From the NCBI GenBank assembly GCA_046331705.1, contig JAXLQJ010000038.1:1-64000 (forward strand): a stretch of 64,000 nt of DNA. The letters run 5' to 3'. Shown in pieces: positions 54,306 to 63,292 of the stretch. Position 1 is the stretch's first letter; the number at the start of each line of letters is the position of its first letter. The DNA is from a bacterium. Its GTDB lineage: Bacteria; JADJOY01. Under the pieces are notes generated by a model, which worked only from the letters and a program-made list of their open reading frames with translations, did not search any database and was not told where the DNA came from. The position numbers and the translations under genes are program-made.

Positions 54306-55231
54306 GCACGGGCGAGAGTGCCACTCCGCATCCCACGGTCTGCTCGCTGTGCGGCGCGGACCAGCCGCGCTTGCGCTACCGGCTGGAGGGCTTCGACACC
54401 GTCGAATGCCCACGCTGCGGACTCGTGTGGATCGTCCTGCAGCTCTCGGAGGACGAGCTACGGCGCCTCTACGGCGCCGAGTACTTCGAGGAACGCGGCA
54501 GCTACTTCTTCGACAACGCGGTTGCCGCGCCCGGCAGCGGCGACGAGACGGAAGTCATCCGCGATTTCCGTCGCGGGGTCGATCGCATCGAGCGCTTTCG
54601 CAAGGGCGGACGGCTTCTCGACGTCGGCTGCGGCGTCGGTGTGTTCCTGGGGGTGGCGAAGGGGCGCGGCTGGGACGTCACCGGTGTCGACGTTTCCGAG
54701 TTCGCGTCGCGCTATGCCCGCGAGAAGCTCGGATTCGACGCCCGCACGGGCAAGCTCCACGAGATCGGTTTCCCGGACAAGAGCTTCGACGTCATCACGC
54801 TCTGGGACGTGTTCGAGCACTTCCCCGATCCCGCTCGCCAGCTCGCGGAGGTTCGGCGGCTGCTCAAGGACGACGGCATCATCCTGCTCGACACGCCGAA
54901 CGAGCGCGGCTTGCTGCGCGAGATCGCACGGTGGGCGTACAAGCTCTCGGGCGGAGCCGTTCAGTACCCCGCACGCAAGCTTCACCACGTCTACCACCTC
55001 TTCTACTACTCGCCCGAGACGCTGACCCGCATGCTCGCGAACGCCGGCTTCGAGATCGTCGACTTCGAGAAGAAGGTCATCCCACCGCTCAAGGCCCGCG
55101 GTTCGGCGGTCGAGAAGGCGATGGTGGGCGCGTTCGGCCGCGTCGAGCGCTGGCTCGGGCGTGAGTTCGAGCTCTTGGTGATCGCGCGAAAGAGCGGTCC
55201 GTCGAGCGCGGAGCAGGGAGCTGCATCGTGA
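54302..55231 (+). CDS. class I SAM-dependent methyltransferase with N-terminal zinc ribbon
   Basis: CSLC...CPRCG; LLDVGCGVG; FDVITLWDVFEH; HLFYYS. Confidence 0.9.
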   Translation: MSTGESATPHPTVCSLCGADQPRLRYRLEGFDTVECPRCGLVWIVLQLSEDELRRLYGAEYFEERGSYFFDNAVAAPGSGDETEVIRDFRRGVDRIERFRKGGRLLDVGCGVGVFLGVAKGRGWDVTGVDVSEFASRYAREKLGFDARTGKLHEIGFPDKSFDVITLWDVFEHFPDPARQLAEVRRLLKDDGIILLDTPNERGLLREIARWAYKLSGGAVQYPARKLHHVYHLFYYSPETLTRMLANAGFEIVDFEKKVIPPLKARGSAVEKAMVGAFGRVERWLGREFELLVIARKSGPSSAEQGAAS

Positions 55232-56670
55232 GACCACTGGAGCGCGCGCTCATCCTCGGCGGCGGCATCGGCGGCCTACGGGTCGCGAACTTGCTGGCGG
55301 AAAAGGGCGTCGCCGTCACGATCCTCGAGCGGCTCGACGAGACCGGCGGGCTGTCGCGTTCGTTCGAGCGGGGTGGCTTTTCCCTCGACATCGGGCCGCA
55401 CGCGTACTACGCGGGCCAGGCCGCGATGTATCGCGACTGGATCGGGGCCGAGAACCTGCTCGACGTGCGAGGGATCTACGGCGTGGGCTACAAGCGCCGG
55501 CAGATCACCACGCCCATCAACCCCACCAATCTCATCAAGAACCTGCCCATCGGCGACTCGGCGCAGCTCGTGCTGGACATGGCGCTGCGCAAGACGCTGA
55601 AGCGCGGCCAGGCGGCGCCCGAGCACTTCGAGAACGTCGACCGGGTCATCACCCATCGCTTCGGCGAGAAGGTCACCCAGTTCTTCTTTCGCGACTACAT
55701 CCCGAAGGTGACGGGCCTGCCGGCCCGCGAGGTCCACGAGGATTGGTTCCTGGAGCGGGATCGCTTCTACAAGGAGCACAACCTCTGGGCGAACTTGATC
55801 AAGACGCTGCTGCGCATCGTGAAGCCGGTGGCCACCGACGGTGCGGCCGGACAGCACGGCACGCTGCAGTTCCTGTATCCCCGAGACGGCGCCGGCCAGA
55901 TCATTCGCGGCCTCACCGATCGGGTGCGCTCGCAGGGGGTCGCGATCAAGCTGGGCTACACCGTCACGGCCGTGGAGCCGCACGGTGACGGTCCCGTCAC
56001 GGTGCGCGCGCGCAACGCGTCCGGTGCCGAGGAGACGTTCGAGGCCGACGCGGTCGCGAGCACGATCCCCGTGACCGCGTTGGCGGCGGGCCTGCGCCCT
56101 GCGGACCCCGGCTTGGTCGAGGCGACCAGCAAGCTGCGCTACAGCGCGCTCCGGATGTTCTACTTCATCCTCGATCGGCCGCGGCTCTCGGACAAGATCC
56201 AGATCTACTTCCCCGAGAAGAAGTACCTGTTCAAGCGCATCTACGAGACCCGCAACCTGAATCCCGAGATGGGCTCGGCCGGACGCACGGCGATCGCCGT
56301 GGAGGTCTGCATCAATCCCGGTGACGCCAACGACCAGCTTCCCGCGGAGGCCATCCAGGAGCGTCTGGTCGGCGAGCTCGGCGACTTCTACGGCGTGGGG
56401 CGCGGCGAGGTCGTCGACTGGTTCACCGAGCGAGTGACCGAGTGCTACTCGGTCTACGCCAACGACTATCGCCGCAATCTCGATCCCTTCGTGCAGAAGC
56501 TCTTCGCCGAGGATCGGGTCGTGGCGTTCGGCAGGACCGGCGCCTTCCGGTACAACTTCCTGAGCGATCGCGTGCTCGCCGCGTCGGCGAAGGTCGCCGA
56601 ATACCTGCTTTCGGGCCGAGCCAAGCAAGACGTCCTCGGCCAGCCCGATCCCAAGAATCCGTTTCTCTGA
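55228..56670 (+). CDS. FAD-dependent oxidoreductase (HemY-like/UDP-galactopyranose mutase-like)
   Basis: ILGGGIGG, GGLSRS, DIGPH, FLYP..GAG, STIP, GRTGAFRY. Confidence 0.78.
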   Translation: MRPLERALILGGGIGGLRVANLLAEKGVAVTILERLDETGGLSRSFERGGFSLDIGPHAYYAGQAAMYRDWIGAENLLDVRGIYGVGYKRRQITTPINPTNLIKNLPIGDSAQLVLDMALRKTLKRGQAAPEHFENVDRVITHRFGEKVTQFFFRDYIPKVTGLPAREVHEDWFLERDRFYKEHNLWANLIKTLLRIVKPVATDGAAGQHGTLQFLYPRDGAGQIIRGLTDRVRSQGVAIKLGYTVTAVEPHGDGPVTVRARNASGAEETFEADAVASTIPVTALAAGLRPADPGLVEATSKLRYSALRMFYFILDRPRLSDKIQIYFPEKKYLFKRIYETRNLNPEMGSAGRTAIAVEVCINPGDANDQLPAEAIQERLVGELGDFYGVGRGEVVDWFTERVTECYSVYANDYRRNLDPFVQKLFAEDRVVAFGRTGAFRYNFLSDRVLAASAKVAEYLLSGRAKQDVLGQPDPKNPFL

Positions 56671-56699
56671 GCGCGCATCGAGGAGAGAGGTCCGATCCC

Positions 56700-57521
56700 G
56701 TGAGCACCCCCCAGGCACAAGAGGCCGACGTCGGCGGCCGCAAGAAGCAAGAGATCTACGCATCGGAAGCCGCGTTCTTCGACGCCATCGCGGAGGGCGA
56801 GGTCGAGGCTCGCTACGGTGGCGAGCTCAAGATCCGCCCCGAGGAGCACCTCGCCACGTTGCAGCTCTACGGGCTGACCGGCGATCTGACCGGCAAGCGC
56901 GTCGTGGACTGCGCCTGCGGCACGGGCTTCTTCTCGTCGTTGCTCGCGATGCGCGGCGCCGAGGTCTGGAGCTTCGATCTCTCGCCGCGTTGCGTGGAGG
57001 TCACCCAGGAGCGCGCTCGCGCCAACGGAGTGAGCGATCGCGTCCACGCCAGCGTCCAGCCCTTCGAGCACCTCGACTACGAGCCCGCCTCGTACGACTA
57101 CATCGTCGGCAAGAACATCCTCCACCACATCCCCAAGATCGAGGAAGCCGGCGAGGTGATGTACCGACTGCTCAAGCCCGGCGGGAAGGCACTCTTCTAC
57201 GACCTGCAGGCCACCAACCCGATCCTGATGTTCTTCCGCAAGTACATCATCGGGAAGATCTCGTTCATCCCGAAGCGTGGCACTCCCGACGAGCATCCGC
57301 TCACCGCGGACGAGGTCGAAGCGCTCTCCAAGGTCTTCCAGGGGCGTATCCGCGTCTCGTACCCCAAGTTCCGATTCTTCGGGAAGTTCGACCGTCAGAT
57401 CTTCGCTCGCCGCGTGAAGCTCGTGAGCATGATCTGCGACGGTCTCGATCGGTTCATCTACGATCATTTCCCGTCGCTTCGGAAGTACAGCTACAAGATC
57501 TTCGTCGAGCTCACGCGCTGA
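56700..57521 (+). CDS. class I SAM-dependent methyltransferase
   Basis: VVDCACGTG, FDLS, ILHH, LKPGG, TPDEHPL. Confidence 0.88.
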   Translation: MSTPQAQEADVGGRKKQEIYASEAAFFDAIAEGEVEARYGGELKIRPEEHLATLQLYGLTGDLTGKRVVDCACGTGFFSSLLAMRGAEVWSFDLSPRCVEVTQERARANGVSDRVHASVQPFEHLDYEPASYDYIVGKNILHHIPKIEEAGEVMYRLLKPGGKALFYDLQATNPILMFFRKYIIGKISFIPKRGTPDEHPLTADEVEALSKVFQGRIRVSYPKFRFFGKFDRQIFARRVKLVSMICDGLDRFIYDHFPSLRKYSYKIFVELTR

Positions 57522-57633
57522 GCCGACGCTCGGCCGAGACGAGCGGACGCGCGCCCGCCCGCGGCTCGGCCGTGCCGGCAGAGCGTTGCTCGCTCGCGAG
57601 GATCGAGGATCGTTCCGGACCAGGAGTGGACGC

Positions 57634-58833
57634 GTGACCGGCAGCCGCGCAGCTCAGCCGCGTGTGTACCAGGTGCTGGTGGGATTGGCGCTGCGCGGCG
57701 CCGAGGTCCACGCGATCCGGCTCGCCACGCGACTGAGCGAATGCGGCGTGGCGGGCGGGCTGATCTTCAACTACGACCACGAGCCCGCCGCCGATGCTCG
57801 CGCGCGCGGGCTCGAGGTGCACGTCGTACCCAAGCATCGACGCGGTGATCCGACGGTGATCCCGCGCCTCGCGGCGACCATTCGCCGGCTACGGGCGGAC
57901 CTCGTCCACACCCACCTGGTCAACGGGAATTTCTTCGGACGCCTGGCGTCGCTCTTCGTTCCGGGCTTGTCCGTGATCTCGACGGTGCACAACTACGGCG
58001 ATGCGCTGGTGGCGGTGCGCAACGAGCGTGAGCGGCGCTTCATCTATCAGCAAGACATCTGGACCAGCGTCTTGGCCGATCGCGTCATCGCCGTCACCGA
58101 GAGCCTGCGCGATCGCTTGGTGGCCGACGGCATGCCCCCCGCGCGCGTGGTCGCGATCCTGAATGGCGTCGACACGGAGCGCTTCGACCCCGCGCGCGTG
58201 AGGCGGGGCGCGTTTCGCGCCGAGCTCGGGATCGCCCCGCAGACGTGTCTGCTGGCGTCGGCGGGTCGCCTGGTGCCTCCCAAGGGCTTCGACCGCTTCC
58301 TCGAGGTGGTTGCGGGCCTGCGCCAGCGCGGCGTCGACGCCGCGGCGCTGATCCTCGGCGACGGGCCGGAGCGCGAGCGGCTGCTCGCCCAGGCGCAGAG
58401 CCTCGGCCTCGGGGCTCGCGTGTTCCTGCCTGGCTATCGGGACGATCTCGAGCAGGTCTACGCGGACATCGACGGCTTCGTGCTGTGCTCCGAGACCGAG
58501 ACCACCTCGCTCGTCACGCTGGAAGCGATGGCGATGGAGAAGCCCGTGGCGGTGTGGGCGGTCGGTAGCTTGCCGGAGGTGCTCGTCGGCGAGAGCGCGG
58601 GATTCCTGGTGCCGCACGGGAACGTCGGCGGGCTCGTCGATGCGGTGGCGCGCTTCGCCGCCGATCCGGCGCGCGCCGCGGACATGGGGAGGGCGGGGCG
58701 CGGAATCGTCGAGGCGCGGTTTTCCGAGCGCGCCCAGATCGCCGCGACCGTCGCGGTGTACCGCGACGCGCTCGCGCGCCGCGGTAAGCGCTTCGCATGC
58801 TTCGAGACCGTCGCGTCGCCCACGGGCGGCTGA
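57634..58833 (+). CDS. glycosyltransferase family 4
   Basis: GAE, DLVHTH, NGVD, GRLVPPKG, GDGPER, ETTSLVTLEAMA. Confidence 0.92.
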   Translation: MTGSRAAQPRVYQVLVGLALRGAEVHAIRLATRLSECGVAGGLIFNYDHEPAADARARGLEVHVVPKHRRGDPTVIPRLAATIRRLRADLVHTHLVNGNFFGRLASLFVPGLSVISTVHNYGDALVAVRNERERRFIYQQDIWTSVLADRVIAVTESLRDRLVADGMPPARVVAILNGVDTERFDPARVRRGAFRAELGIAPQTCLLASAGRLVPPKGFDRFLEVVAGLRQRGVDAAALILGDGPERERLLAQAQSLGLGARVFLPGYRDDLEQVYADIDGFVLCSETETTSLVTLEAMAMEKPVAVWAVGSLPEVLVGESAGFLVPHGNVGGLVDAVARFAADPARAADMGRAGRGIVEARFSERAQIAATVAVYRDALARRGKRFACFETVASPTGG

Positions 58834-58883
58834 CGCGGGGTTCCAGAGATCGGCTCGAGGTTCATGGGCAGGGAGCGTGCGCG

Positions 58884-60059
58884 ATGAAGGTGGTGATGGT
58901 GAACTCGGTCTCGTTCCTGCCGACGCAGGGCCGCTATCGCTGGGTGTACGCCCAGGCGAAGAGCCTGGTCGACGCGGGGCACGAGGTGCATCTGCTCGCG
59001 TGGGATCGCACGCTGGAAGCGCCCGCGCGCGAGCGGATCGACGGCATCGAGGTGGAGCGCATCCGCGTCAAGGCCGGCTTCGGCAGGCTGTCGCCGATTC
59101 GCACCGCGTTCCGCCTGTTGTGGTTCCACCTGCGCCTGCTGGCGCGGCTCCTCGCGATCGATGCCGACGTGCTGCACACGTTCAACCCCGACGTCATCCC
59201 GCCGGTGGCGCTGGTGGCGTGGCTCAGACGCAGGCCCCACGTGATGGCGCTGATCGAGCCGCACTACTACTACAACTGGCCGGATCGCGTTCGCCCGCTC
59301 ATCAAGCTGCTCGACGCGGCGGAACGGCACTTCGCGCTGCGCGCCAGCGCGGTGGTGGTCCACAACCTCTACCAGGTGAACAAGTTCACGCAGATGGGCG
59401 TGCGTCGCGTGGTCCACTTGGCACAGGTGCCGGATCGCGCGCTCGCCGACGAGGAGCTGCCGGACCGCTCGCGGCGCGAAGGACCGGTGGTGTTCGGTCG
59501 TATCGGCACGGTCTTCGGCGGCATCAACGGCATCGAGGAGCTGATCCCCGCGTTCAAGATGGTGCTCGACGAGGGTCACGCGGCGAAGCTGCTCATCGCC
59601 GGGCGCGTGTCGCCCGAGTTCGAGGCTCAGTTCGCCAAGCTGGTGGCACCGCTCGGCGACGCGGTGGAGGTCACCGGCGCGTTCCATCCCAACGACATCG
59701 CCAAGCAGTACGAGCGCATCGACGTCTCGATCCAGCTCACACCGCGCACGATCTTCTACCGCTACATCACGCCCACCAAGTTCACCGACTCGCTCGCCCA
59801 CGGCGTGCCCGTGATCTCGTCCGCCATCGGCGACGTGCCGTATCTGGCGGAGAAGACGGGCGCCGCGATCCTGGTCGACGAGACGGACCCCGCCAGCATC
59901 CGCGACGGCATCACCCGGTTGATCGAGGACCGCGCGCTGCGCCTGCGGATGGGGCAGGCGGGCCTCGACCTGGTCCGAAGCGAGTACTGCTGGGACCGGA
60001 TGCAGGTGCGATTGCTCGATCTCTACCGCTCGCTCGAGCCGGCCCGCGCGCGGGGCTGA
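58884..60059 (+). CDS. glycosyltransferase family 4
   Basis: SLVDAGHEVHLLAWDR, PTKFTDSLAHGVPVI, MGQAG...YCW. Confidence 0.85.
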   Translation: MKVVMVNSVSFLPTQGRYRWVYAQAKSLVDAGHEVHLLAWDRTLEAPARERIDGIEVERIRVKAGFGRLSPIRTAFRLLWFHLRLLARLLAIDADVLHTFNPDVIPPVALVAWLRRRPHVMALIEPHYYYNWPDRVRPLIKLLDAAERHFALRASAVVVHNLYQVNKFTQMGVRRVVHLAQVPDRALADEELPDRSRREGPVVFGRIGTVFGGINGIEELIPAFKMVLDEGHAAKLLIAGRVSPEFEAQFAKLVAPLGDAVEVTGAFHPNDIAKQYERIDVSIQLTPRTIFYRYITPTKFTDSLAHGVPVISSAIGDVPYLAEKTGAAILVDETDPASIRDGITRLIEDRALRLRMGQAGLDLVRSEYCWDRMQVRLLDLYRSLEPARARG

Positions 60060-60262
60060 GCTGCGGCGGCCAGCGGGGTTAGGCGCGGCTCCCGCGCGCT
60101 CGCGCGGAGTCGTTGGTTGGACGTTGCTCGCGACGCTGTGCGAGACTCACGGATGATCCATCGCTTCCCCGCGGCGTGCTCGTCCAAGCGACGAGCCGGG
60201 GGTGCCGTGGGAACCCGCCGTGGTCGGCGGCACGGGTGCCGGAGGACGAAGTGGACGTGACG

Positions 60263-61264
60263 ATGACGGATTCCGCCGCGGCGAGCCGTGGCGATTCGGC
60301 GATGGTGTCGCTCCTCGAGCCACCGCTGCCGACGCAGATTCAGCTCGAGCCGACCACCGTGTGCAACCTCGATTGCATCATGTGCCCGATCAATTCGCTG
60401 CAGCGGGACAAGAACATGATGACCCTCGAGGAGTTCAAGACCCTCCTGGGACGCTTCCCCAAGCTCGAGCGCATCACGATGCACGGCATCGGCGAGCCCC
60501 TCATGAACCGGGATTTCTACGGCATGATCGAGCACGCCAAGTCGCGGGGCATCCGCGTCTATTTCAACAACAACATGACCTTCATGACCGAGGACAATGC
60601 CCGCAAGCTGCTGAGCCTCGGCGTCGACGAGATCCGCACCAGCCTCGACACGCCCTACAAGGACGAGTACGCGCGCATCCGCCCCGCACGTAACCAGCGG
60701 ACCAACTTCTTCGACGAGGTGGTCGAGAACGTCCGCACGCTCGTCCGGGTGCGCAACGAGACGGGATCCACGACCAAGATCAAGCTGGTCGGCGTGTGCA
60801 TGGACGAGACCATCCGGCAGATGCCCGATCTCACCCGCCTCGGCGTCGAGCTGGGCGTCGACGAGATCATGATCCAGAACATGCAGCTCTGGAGCGGCAA
60901 GGACGAGTTCCGCGAGGATCGCGAGAGCAAGGTGGTCGCCGACCAGGTGATGGCCGCGGTGTACGAGGAGTGCAGGGACATCGCCTCCGGCAAGGTGCCG
61001 CTCAAGATGTGGCACCCGGGCGTCTCGCACGGCTGCAACTGGGCCGAGACGTCCTGCTACGTCACCGTGGACGGCTACGTGACGCCCTGCTGCAACTGCC
61101 CGGATCCGAAGGTCAAGAACTTCGGCAACCTCAACGAGAAGAGCCTGGAAGAGATCTGGTGGAGCGACGACTACAAGGAGTTCCGTCGCCAGCTCGCCTC
61201 GCCGGAGATCCCGCAGATCTGTGACGGCTGCGTGATCTACGGAGGGCGATTCAAGGAGTACTGA
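60263..61264 (+). CDS. radical SAM protein with SPASM/twitch domain
   Basis: CNLDCIMC, GIGEPL; C-terminal CNWAETSCYVTVDGYVTPCCNC...FGNL...IW...CDGC; start uncertain (60263 or 60302). Confidence 0.92.
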   Translation: MTDSAAASRGDSAMVSLLEPPLPTQIQLEPTTVCNLDCIMCPINSLQRDKNMMTLEEFKTLLGRFPKLERITMHGIGEPLMNRDFYGMIEHAKSRGIRVYFNNNMTFMTEDNARKLLSLGVDEIRTSLDTPYKDEYARIRPARNQRTNFFDEVVENVRTLVRVRNETGSTTKIKLVGVCMDETIRQMPDLTRLGVELGVDEIMIQNMQLWSGKDEFREDRESKVVADQVMAAVYEECRDIASGKVPLKMWHPGVSHGCNWAETSCYVTVDGYVTPCCNCPDPKVKNFGNLNEKSLEEIWWSDDYKEFRRQLASPEIPQICDGCVIYGGRFKEY

Positions 61265-61405
61265 TCCGCCGCATCTCGACCGAACGGCCTTGTCGCTCGA
61301 CCAACCGCTGTAGTAAGAAAACGCGCTTCCGGCCGGTCCGTGTCGCGGCCTCACGTCGTCGACGACGCGTCGGCGAGCTCACGAGCCGACAGGAAGGTTC
61401 CGACG

Positions 61406-62140
61406 ATGAAGAGCCTCCCGCTCGTCGTACCCGCCGCAGGGCGCGGCACCCGCGCGCTGCCGTACACCATGGAGCACCCCAAGGCGCTCCTCGAGGTCGA
61501 CGGCAAGACGCTCCTCGAGCAAGTCCTGGACTTGGGCGCCGAGATCGGCGTCGAACACGCGTTCCTGATCGTCGGCTTCCAGGCCGAGGAGATCAAGAAG
61601 CGCTTCGGCGATCGCTACCGCACCCTCGAGCTGCGTTACGTCCATCAGCCCGAGCTGCTGGGCTTGGTGCACGCGATCAGCCAGCTCGAGCAGCACATCC
61701 AAGAAGACTTCATGATGATGCTGTGCGACGAGATCTACTTCGACACCCGCCACAAGGACGTCGCGGCGCGCTTTCGCAGCACCAATCCGGACGTGCTGTG
61801 CTGCGTGATGCGGGGCTCGGTCGAGGAGATCCAGAAGAACTACAGCGTCGAGTTCGAGGGTGACCGCGTCACCAAGCTGATCGAGAAGCCGTCGCCCGAG
61901 CAGATCACCAACCCGTTCATGGGCACGGGGACCGTCCTCTTCCACCCGACGGTCTTCGAGTACATCGCGCGCACGCCGGTGAATCCGAAGCGCAACCAGA
62001 AAGAGCTCGCGGACCTGCTCAACGTCATGATCACCGCGGGACGATACGTGAGCCTGTTCGACATCGGCGGCTCCTACGTGAACGTCAACTACGCCGACGA
62101 TTACGAGCGTCTCACCAAGAAGATCCACGCCACGGGTTGA
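61406..62140 (+). CDS. sugar-phosphate nucleotidyltransferase (single domain, AglF-like)
   Basis: PAAGRGTRALPYT..PKALLEVDGK, HQ....GLVHA, DFMMMLCD, IEKP. Confidence 0.88.
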   Translation: MKSLPLVVPAAGRGTRALPYTMEHPKALLEVDGKTLLEQVLDLGAEIGVEHAFLIVGFQAEEIKKRFGDRYRTLELRYVHQPELLGLVHAISQLEQHIQEDFMMMLCDEIYFDTRHKDVAARFRSTNPDVLCCVMRGSVEEIQKNYSVEFEGDRVTKLIEKPSPEQITNPFMGTGTVLFHPTVFEYIARTPVNPKRNQKELADLLNVMITAGRYVSLFDIGGSYVNVNYADDYERLTKKIHATG

Positions 62141-62326
62141 TTCGGGGGGCCGCTTCATCCCCCCGCCCGCCGCGGCCCAGCCGCGTCGGGTCCCAGCCGA
62201 GGCGACTCGCCGCGCGCGCGGCTCGTCGTTGGCGCCGGGAAGGATCGGCGGCGAGCGTGGAGACCGAGTCGGCGATCATCGCCACGACGGCGATTCGCGC
62301 TGCTCCGGTCCGCGCCCGAGACGACG

Positions 62327-63007
62327 TCAGCTGGCCCGTTGCGGGACGGGCGAGGCGATGCCCAGCACCTCGCGATAGTAGTGGTCGAGCTCGTCGAGCG
62401 AGGCGAGGTCGCCCTTGGCCTGGTAGGCGAGGACCCGCCGCACCTCCTCGAGGATGTGGTGGGCGCGCGCCATTCGAAGCTCACCCTGCGAGCCGTAGAC
62501 GTCGCGATTCCAGTCCGTGGTCGCCGGCGTGACGGGAGTGGCGCGCATCGGGTGCCCGAAGAGCCGGAACGACACCAGAAGCCCGAGCATCACCCGGAGC
62601 GTCTCGTGCGGATTCATGAGGACGAGCGCCTCGGTCCAGCGCCGCTCCTTGGCGAGCCGCACGAAGTCGTCTCCTTCGGTGCGGGTATGCGCGCCTTCGC
62701 CGGGAACGAGCACGATCGCCTCCGCTGGCACGCCCAGCTCGCGCAGCGCTCGTGTCCACACGTGGCAGCCGGGGTAGGTGGTGGTCTCGGGCGTCCGGTC
62801 CGCGCCGGTGCCGGGTATGGCGATCCGTCCGGCCACGCCGGTGCGGTGCAACTCGGCGGCGAGCCACAAGAGCCCCTCGTTGCGAGGCGGATCGTGCTCG
62901 AAGTTGCCCGGACAGCGACTGAAGACGAACGCCACCGGACACGGTGTGCGCGGCGCGGGCCAGACGGCGAGATGCCATGGCGCGAGAACTCGATCGATGT
63001 CGCTCAA
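62327..63007 (-). CDS. hypothetical protein, YdcF/DUF218-like
   Basis: LRELGVPAEAIV...HTRTEG...LMNPHETLR; GGAGGA RBS before TTG 63007. Confidence 0.6.
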   Translation of the reverse strand: MSDIDRVLAPWHLAVWPAPRTPCPVAFVFSRCPGNFEHDPPRNEGLLWLAAELHRTGVAGRIAIPGTGADRTPETTTYPGCHVWTRALRELGVPAEAIVLVPGEGAHTRTEGDDFVRLAKERRWTEALVLMNPHETLRVMLGLLVSFRLFGHPMRATPVTPATTDWNRDVYGSQGELRMARAHHILEEVRRVLAYQAKGDLASLDELDHYYREVLGIASPVPQRAS

Positions 63008-63185
63008 TGCCGTTCCTCCAGCGCGCGCAACATAGGAACGACGACGAGCTTGGGCAACGACGGCGTCTGGACGGCGTCTGGAGGAGTCTGGAGGCGCGTG
63101 TCGGCGGCGGCGCCGCCCGCTCGCGCGTGCGTCGGCTCGATGGCGATCGTGTGACGGCGCGAGCGCGATTTCGTGAGCGCGAGCC

Positions 63186-63267
63186 TTGACACGGGTCGAG
63201 GGGTCGGACACCTTTCGCGTTTACCGAAGGGTTTAGTATATGAAACAGCAAGTTTCATTAACTAGAC
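63186..63267 (+). promoter_or_regulatory. promoter and paired operator upstream of the XRE-cupin gene
   Basis: TTGACA-N17-CACCTT; GTTTAGTATATGAAAC (63231-63246) and GTTTCATTAACTAGAC (63252-63267) in inverted orientation. Confidence 0.6.
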
Positions 63268-63292
63268 CTGCGGCGGAGGTAGGGGCAGGACC

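Noticed and set aside
62144..62165. CGGGGGG...CCCCCCG hairpin after the nucleotidyltransferase
   Set aside because: No U-tract on either strand, so not called as a terminator
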